Assembly: GCA_033762295.1 (NCBI GenBank)
Contig: JANRLW010000088.1
Location: forward strand, 1 to 12,165
Source: Capsulimonadales bacterium
GTDB taxonomy: Bacteria > Armatimonadota > Armatimonadia > Armatimonadales > Armatimonadaceae
Length of the DNA: 12,165 bases
Reading direction: 5' to 3'
In this document: one piece after another, positions 7,901 to 12,165 of the stretch
Layout: every line of letters begins with the position of its first letter
Position numbering within the stretch: position 1 is the stretch's first letter
The notes under the pieces: model-generated
Told to the model about the DNA's origin: nothing
The model's database searches: none
Seen by the model: only the letters and a program-made list of their open reading frames with translations
Translations under genes and position numbers: made by a program

Positions 7901-8368
7901 TGTGACAACCCGGGCATTCGCCTGCACCTGAACCAGGGCATCGAGAACCGCCTGCACGAATTGGGGGTCTTTGAGATGGGAAATACGCTGGTTCAGCACG
8001 TGAACGCACAGGAGAAGGTGCTGGCCGCGCCGATTTACCGTCCGTACCAGAAGATGATCTCCGAGTACCTGGAGAAGATCAACTGGAACCCGAACGGACC
8101 GACGGTTCGTGCGGTGGCTCCGGTAGCGACGGCCCCCGCTCCGGTGCCGGTCGGAACCGGCGCGAACGGCAAGACGTCTCTGGCGGCCCCGGCGACCGCT
8201 CCGGCGGTCGCCGGTCCGGAACCGCCTCCTGCCCTGCCGGCTCCGGCGCCTCCCGGCGTGAAAAGCGTCCGCGAACGGCTGGCCGACCTGAAAGCCCTCT
8301 TCGAAGACGGTCTTCTGGACGACGAGGAGTTCAAACAGCGTAAGGCGGAGATTCTGAAAGAGATTTAG
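4964..8368 (+). CDS. Tubulin/FtsZ-like GTPase (Tubulin_2 / FtsZl1-type) with long helical region, Pro/Ala linker and C-terminal SHOCT-like domain
   Basis: Tubulin-fold loops in order: LLIAVGGTG, FLLIDTD, GAGAVRARGR, signature GSLLGGTGSG (GGTGSG at 5546-5563), NAYASLLEL, PPFRYTYLV. About 700 further aa, largely helical. C-terminus VRERLADLKALFEDGLLDDEEFKQRKAEIL (from 8267) fits the SHOCT pattern L..LK.L...G.I..EEF...K..IL. Confidence 0.92.
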   Translation: MAENNGNTVNNAPTTVGPAQNAQAREEQRLRGVSRSLLIAVGGTGHKVLLDVRQRLLQKYGSLDKLPIVGFLLIDTDQAIFGKNPNYSDAANLDNADKIHTSVHGVEQLRRNLREYPHLRDWLDPKTLSGDIQQGAGAVRARGRLSFFWNYDVIAKRIEEEIAEITKDSSKAIAIRNGLQVSEGITVYIVGSLLGGTGSGMFLDMAYAVKDLLKSQRMLETVGIFTIPPNSAAVAVDNRPNAYASLLELNHYTDPSTTFTAQYKPDQPGIENADPPFRYTYLVDTSSPSANLGSVDKLVEMIGHSIFLDLTSEFQRQKKSNRDNFDQFLTNPDDLGCPQNYLSMGLAAIHFPKDKVLHACASRLAHQILMRWTEPLSRVTNVGAFTEGELARLGLDPDEIRRQLTIASAETGDLLRDAAMQFWSGVNREYETNYPGHNRVVELLNTRQADLQAKYVDNDPNPDPLGKRRANLGEFIWQMVENLRAVIPAKEAALRSFISECVNDPNRRHGVARAFLDQCSERFRNYATALAADRDAAKETLVPLSEQRDGQLGEITRLAGDVVLGMVMGGAKRRSIDEKKDAYLRFARQWDTAFLDIRANDLAIYFYTGMQSVLDALKEEMDAYIERMRQLETFYRREENLAIENPVDVNGAILFDRGRRVESENGTATYVDGDIDRRYTAYVGDGMNPGNTTVNTTSSEILAEVGTAGNIYGLRDADINHIKSVVAARTRAVFRAVENESVIEKFFEKYGYGTDRSIEEMRRVFGLSQPFIHLQQNAPNYKHHQNKEQTIVGKIYGAQGRTESEQRFLAMLKDTVQGIRDGQISNSNEQHQVLFLRERAAFPLRLLEGMDSYRFAYEQARSQGASVNPIHTRKDVKEWVRIDPPSFVEQMESWETFCVGWASGVITEERDVKYTATGARETIHFLATYKDRFGMSKTDRLGTFVAITGDMARLMRESETPQQQEGRPPLEAREIILILCDNPGIRLHLNQGIENRLHELGVFEMGNTLVQHVNAQEKVLAAPIYRPYQKMISEYLEKINWNPNGPTVRAVAPVATAPAPVPVGTGANGKTSLAAPATAPAVAGPEPPPALPAPAPPGVKSVRERLADLKALFEDGLLDDEEFKQRKAEILKEI

Positions 8369-8388
8369 GCGTTCCGAGGTTTCGTTCG

Positions 8389-8425
8389 ACACCGGGCAGA
8401 CCGCGCGCTGCCCGGTGTTTTTGTT
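8389..8425 (+). terminator. Rho-independent terminator of the + strand cluster
   Basis: Perfect 11-bp stem ACACCGGGCAG (8389-8399) / CTGCCCGGTGT (8408-8418), 8-nt loop, followed by TTTTGTT; begins 20 nt after the TAG. There is no matching U-tract for the - strand. Confidence 0.85.
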
Positions 8426-8438
8426 CGGACGCTTCGCG

Positions 8439-9704
8439 CTACGGCGTGGGGAGGGTCCAGAGAGTCAGGTTTTCCGCGCCTTTGACCAGCAGACGGTTGC
8501 CTGAGATGGCCGGGGACGCCCACATCGCCGAGTCGGCGACCGGGTAGCGGGCGGTTTCCGTCAGGGTGTTGCCGGTCTTTTTGTAGACGAACAGATCGCC
8601 ACCGGCCGTAAACGCCAGCAGGGACGGCCCGACATCGTACAGGCTGACATTTTCGCCTTTGTTGCCCTCGCAGACCCAGGCGCTTTTTCCGGTGGCGGTA
8701 TCCAGTACGGTTATCTGGCCGCGCCGTTTTTCGTTGCAGAGATAGAGTTGGTTGCCGGAAAGGACCGGCGAGGAGGTGGAGAGGGTAACGTCCAGGGTTT
8801 CCCAGACCTTATCCGCCGTCCATCGGTTGCCGTTGGCGCGGATACGTAACGCCATGGTCGGACGCTGATTTCCGCCGACGAACACGGTATCGCCGAGAAC
8901 GACCGGGGTGATCGAGTTGTGGTTGAACATATTCCGGCGGTTCCCCAAACTCCAGAGGATCGCGCCGTTTTCCGGATCGATGCCAACGAACTGGTTGTGG
9001 GTCGCCGTGATGATCTGCCGCTTTCCGCCGATGCGTGCCAGTACGGGCGAGGCATAGGCCGGTCCCTCGGTGTCCGTTCTGCGAACCTCCTTCCCGGTAT
9101 CCTTATCCATCGCGATAAACGCTCCCTCGTTGTCATGGCCGACATGCAGATAGATGATTCGGCCATCGATCAGCGGCGACAGGGAGGCTCCGCAGATCGG
9201 CATCGGGATTTTGAACTGGGTCGAAAAGTCTCGTCGCCAGAGCGGTTTTCCGGTGGCGGCATCGAGGCAGGAGAAGAGTCCGTTGACCCCGGTGGTGTAG
9301 AGTTTCCCCTGGTGCCAGAGGGGAGTGGAACGGGGCGCTTTCCCCAGACGTTGTGCGGGAAAGATGACGCTGTCAAAGGGTGCGTCGACCACATCCTCCC
9401 AGACGGTGCGGCCATTCTTCAGATCGATGCAGAGCGTATGCTCCTTGTTCTCGCGGCGAACGAGCACGAACGCGCGGTCACCGACGATGATGGGCGAGGA
9501 GTGTCCCTGTCCGACGGCGACGCTCCATCTTTTCACCAGCGTTTTCGGCCAGACCGCAGGATTTTTGAAATGTGGCACGTGGCCGTCGCGGTACGGGCCG
9601 CGCCACTGCGCCCAGTCGTCGGCCAGTGCCACCGTTGTCGCCGTCAGGTGGGTTGCCGTCAAAAGGGCGATGACGCCGCACCGGGTCGATATCATTTTCC
9701 GCAT
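8439..9704 (-). CDS. Secreted PQQ-binding-like beta-propeller repeat protein (BamB-like 'DWPQWRGP' family)
   Basis: ORF track gives 8439..9809. Start moved to ATG 9704 (AAGGA RBS 8 nt upstream; signal peptide MRKMISTRCGVIALLTATHLTATTVALA|DDWAQWRGPYRDG). Repeated propeller motifs: GHSSPII, CIDLKNGRTVW, CLDAATGKPLW, AMDKDTGKEV, YASPV, GIDPENGAILW, LDTATGKSAW, WASPAIS. Confidence 0.88.
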   Translation of the reverse strand: MRKMISTRCGVIALLTATHLTATTVALADDWAQWRGPYRDGHVPHFKNPAVWPKTLVKRWSVAVGQGHSSPIIVGDRAFVLVRRENKEHTLCIDLKNGRTVWEDVVDAPFDSVIFPAQRLGKAPRSTPLWHQGKLYTTGVNGLFSCLDAATGKPLWRRDFSTQFKIPMPICGASLSPLIDGRIIYLHVGHDNEGAFIAMDKDTGKEVRRTDTEGPAYASPVLARIGGKRQIITATHNQFVGIDPENGAILWSLGNRRNMFNHNSITPVVLGDTVFVGGNQRPTMALRIRANGNRWTADKVWETLDVTLSTSSPVLSGNQLYLCNEKRRGQITVLDTATGKSAWVCEGNKGENVSLYDVGPSLLAFTAGGDLFVYKKTGNTLTETARYPVADSAMWASPAISGNRLLVKGAENLTLWTLPTP

Positions 9705-9742
9705 CTTCGTTGTCCTTGCCTGCTGTGGGGTAATGCCACCGT

Positions 9743-9768
9743 AACAGAGCGAGGGCCGGAAGGGTTCC
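9743..9768 (-). promoter_or_regulatory. Candidate ECF-sigma promoter GGAAC-N18-GTT for the beta-propeller gene
   Basis: Minus strand reads GGAAC (9768-9764), 18 nt (CCTTCCGGCCCTCGCTCT), then GTT (9745-9743), about 40 nt upstream of ATG 9704. Confidence 0.3.
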
Positions 9769-9815
9769 CGGTTTGGCGGTTCCCGTGGCGTTCGAAACGG
9801 ATGGACCAAAACGGT

Positions 9816-12165
9816 TTAAAATACGTGGTTCCCCAGGCGGGCGATTCGTGGCTCGCCGAGGACCGACGAATCCCAGGGGATCGAGTACGATATGCCGGGC
9901 AGCAGATCGAAGCAGTTGTCCGCCACGGGACGATCGCCGTTCTCATCGAGGCAGACTCCCCAGCAAAAAACCTCACTTTTCAAGGTCAGCGTTCCGTCTT
10001 CGACGGTCAGGACGATTTGCGGATCACGGACCAGAGGCAGGTCGCCGAACCGTGAGAAAAACGCCCGATGCTGGGCGATCATGCGATCGGACTCGTCATA
10101 GAGAAGGAGAAACGCGCCAAAATCGGGATGATCCGTAAAATACTCCCGACCCCAACCCGCCCCGACGGATCGAACCGAATGGGCGGGCAGGTTAAGCTGG
10201 TAGCCGTCGGTTTCAACCAGCGAACCGTCGGCGGCAAAGGTGCCGAACAGAACGCGACCGTGCCGTTCACTGTCGGAATCGTTGATGGCGAAGTAGTCAA
10301 CCCCGGTATCCGGGTGCGCGGCGGCGATGGCGGTGATTGGGGCGAAGGCGCGGCGGACCGGGTGGTAGGCGAGACGCTTGCGGCGGTAGTAATCGACAAT
10401 GGTCCAATCGTGTGTCGACGGCCAGGACGAGTTGTACATCCAGAAGATCGCCGCCGCCGACGAGAACATTCGCCTTCGGTAGTTGGCGATGTATTCCGTG
10501 ATGCCTTCGGCTTGCAGCAGGCCGGAGATAAAGGCGTACTCTTCCATCTCCATCGCCAGCGGATCGAGTCCGGTCCAGAGTTGGACGGTCTGATAGGCAT
10601 GCCCTAATCGCCCCGGAAGGACATCATGGATGGCGAACGGGTTATCGTGATGCTCCCAGGTGGCAGAGAGCAGTTTTCGCTCCGATCCGGGCAGAAAGTC
10701 CCTGAGTGTCGCCGGGGTAGAGCATCCGAGGACGCCACCTTCGTTAGGGAATCGATCGACGAAGGTCCGGTACTCCCACCAGTCCGCGCCACCGTGCATC
10801 TGCAGGCTTACCCTCCAGGGGTGCTGGTCGCCGATGGTTGGGTCACGGGGGCTTTTGTAGTCCGGCGAGTACGGCGACGAGATCCAGTAGAAGCAGTGTG
10901 GCGCTTCCTGTGCGGCGATCTGCGGCAGATCATGGTGGAACATTGCGTAGTGCGGGTGCGTGCGGTAAGCGTCGTCGTAGCCCCAGTGCCAGTCGCCCTC
11001 TTCGATCTCGTTGTTGCCGCACCAGACGACCAGCGAGGGGTGGTGTGCCATTTCTCGCATCGCCCAGCGCACTTCCGTCCGCACCTCCCGCACAAACTCC
11101 GGGTAGTCACCGGGATATTTCGAGCAGGCAAAAAGCAGGTCGTGCCAGACCAGGAGACCCTGCCGGTCGCAGTAGTCCAGAAAAGCGGGATCGGCGTAGA
11201 TCCCGCCGCCCCAGATGCGGAGCAGGTTGAAGTTGGCCCCGACGGCAAGATCGATCAGTTCACGGTAGCGTTCGGGGGTGACCGTGGAGTGAAGCATATC
11301 CGCCGGAACCCAGTTGCCGCCCTTGCAGAAGATCGGGCGGTTGTTGATCTTGAGCGTGAAATACTTGCCCTCGACCGGGTGCGGTGATTGGTCCACCTCG
11401 ACCCGGCGTATACCCAATTGGCATGAGCCAATCAGGCGATGCCCCTCTATGTCGATGATCGCTTGCACGGAATACTGGAACGGTGCACCATGACCAAGGG
11501 GCCACCATAGTTGGGGATTGTCTATTTTCAGAGAAACCGCATGGCGCGACTCACCGGACGGCAGGGTTATCTCCTGTGTGGCGCTATCGCCCGTAGTGAG
11601 CACGGTTAGATGGAGTTGCGCCGAAACAGGGGACGCGGCGGGATTGTGAACGGTCAGTGTGGCATGGACATCCGCCGTGGTCAGATCACGGGACGGAATC
11701 GCATAGAATTGCGTTTGTTCCAGGGTAGGTTTTTCGCCCCAGTACAGGAGGACATCGCCGAGAATGCCGACATTGAGCAGACGTTGTTGCCAGTCCCAGC
11801 CACGTTGCCACTGTCCGCGCCGGTGCCAGTGTATCTTGGTCAGGCGGGCCTGTGGAGAATCGCGGTACTCTGCTCCCGGCTTTTCCGCCACATCAAATAA
11901 CCCGGCATCGAGGAGCACGACCAGCGTGTTTTCGCCATCGGGACGCAGATGTTTGGTGACTTCAAAACGCGCGGGACGGTGAGCGTTGGCATGACGACCG
12001 ACTTCCTGACCGTTCAGATAGACGACAGCACACATCTCCAGACGCTGGAAGGTTATCCACGTTGGCGTGCCGACGACATAGTCGGCGGGCAGGGTGAAGG
12101 TGCGACGGTACGCCCAGTAGTACTCCTCGACCCAGCGTGCCTTGAGTGAGTTCAGACCATAGCGG
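9816..12165 (-). CDS. Glycoside hydrolase family 2, beta-mannosidase-like; 5'-truncated by the window edge
   Basis: Frame stays open beyond the track start at 12035 to the edge (RYGLNSLKARWVEEYYWAYRRTFTLP...TFQRLEMCAVVYLNG). Motifs: GWDW, LWWPLGHGAP, IFCKGGNWVPAD, NFNLLRIWGGGIY, WHDLLFACSKYP, HHPSLVVWCGNNE (acid/base Glu, 11007-11024), RFPNEGG (likely nucleophile, 10734-10754), FWMYNSSWP, DNCFDLLPG. Confidence 0.9.
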   Translation of the reverse strand, partial: RYGLNSLKARWVEEYYWAYRRTFTLPADYVVGTPTWITFQRLEMCAVVYLNGQEVGRHANAHRPARFEVTKHLRPDGENTLVVLLDAGLFDVAEKPGAEYRDSPQARLTKIHWHRRGQWQRGWDWQQRLLNVGILGDVLLYWGEKPTLEQTQFYAIPSRDLTTADVHATLTVHNPAASPVSAQLHLTVLTTGDSATQEITLPSGESRHAVSLKIDNPQLWWPLGHGAPFQYSVQAIIDIEGHRLIGSCQLGIRRVEVDQSPHPVEGKYFTLKINNRPIFCKGGNWVPADMLHSTVTPERYRELIDLAVGANFNLLRIWGGGIYADPAFLDYCDRQGLLVWHDLLFACSKYPGDYPEFVREVRTEVRWAMREMAHHPSLVVWCGNNEIEEGDWHWGYDDAYRTHPHYAMFHHDLPQIAAQEAPHCFYWISSPYSPDYKSPRDPTIGDQHPWRVSLQMHGGADWWEYRTFVDRFPNEGGVLGCSTPATLRDFLPGSERKLLSATWEHHDNPFAIHDVLPGRLGHAYQTVQLWTGLDPLAMEMEEYAFISGLLQAEGITEYIANYRRRMFSSAAAIFWMYNSSWPSTHDWTIVDYYRRKRLAYHPVRRAFAPITAIAAAHPDTGVDYFAINDSDSERHGRVLFGTFAADGSLVETDGYQLNLPAHSVRSVGAGWGREYFTDHPDFGAFLLLYDESDRMIAQHRAFFSRFGDLPLVRDPQIVLTVEDGTLTLKSEVFCWGVCLDENGDRPVADNCFDLLPGISYSIPWDSSVLGEPRIARLGNHVF

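Noticed and set aside
4964..8368. Calling the tubulin-like gene ftsZ, tubZ/phuZ or btubA/B
   Set aside because: It is about three times too long, lacks the FtsZ T7 and C-terminal motifs, and has no dcw, plasmid or phage context; the motifs fit Tubulin_2.
1015..8392. Long minus-strand ORFs (1015-2313, 3761-4435, 4484-5875, 5948-7576, 7619-8392)
   Set aside because: Antisense shadows of GC-rich genes; Arg/Gly/Val-rich, with no motifs, and fully overlapping well-supported + strand CDSs.
8439..9704. Calling the propeller gene bamB or a PQQ dehydrogenase
   Set aside because: No convincing lipobox and no bam/der context; shorter than typical quinoprotein alcohol/glucose dehydrogenases; it fits the generic DWPQWRGP propeller family.
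9705..9809. 35-aa N-terminal extension of the propeller ORF in the track
   Set aside because: It would bury the signal peptide; the RBS supports ATG 9704.
8919..11387. Plus-strand ORFs 8919-10055, 10068-10607 and 10626-11387
   Set aside because: Antisense to the beta-propeller and GH2 genes, with no recognisable domains.
11401..11580. Local GC dip (about 55% by hand count) with several ATA codons within the GH2 gene
   Set aside because: Modest and short, frame intact, and it lies in a variable Ig-like domain; insufficient evidence for a recombined patch.
8439..12165. GH2 and propeller genes as part of the tubulin system
   Set aside because: Opposite strand, separated by a terminator, and both belong to common families with no evident functional link.
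1..12165. CRISPR arrays, tRNA/rRNA genes, transposases or integrases
   Set aside because: None seen; the window is almost fully protein-coding with spacers of about 110 bp or less.

Overview
GC-rich bacterial window with two convergent gene blocks; the gene content loosely suggests Armatimonadota/Planctomycetota, but this is weak inference. The + strand (1-8368) holds a tightly packed six-gene cluster, truncated at its 5' end: a vWA-TM-degenerate FHA protein, an exported protein with 3 C-terminal TM helices, three tandem divergent paralogues (hydrophobic hairpin plus helical/coiled-coil region, no family I can name with confidence), and a 1134-aa tubulin/FtsZ-like (Tubulin_2/FtsZl1-type) GTPase with a C-terminal SHOCT-like domain. 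An intrinsic terminator follows. The - strand encodes a GH2 beta-mannosidase-like hydrolase (5'-truncated) and a secreted PQQ-like beta-propeller protein. The best candidate for an undescribed system is the tubulin-like GTPase coupled to the three-paralogue membrane module and a phospho-blind vWA-FHA sensor. All family assignments come from reading motifs by eye; no searches were run.
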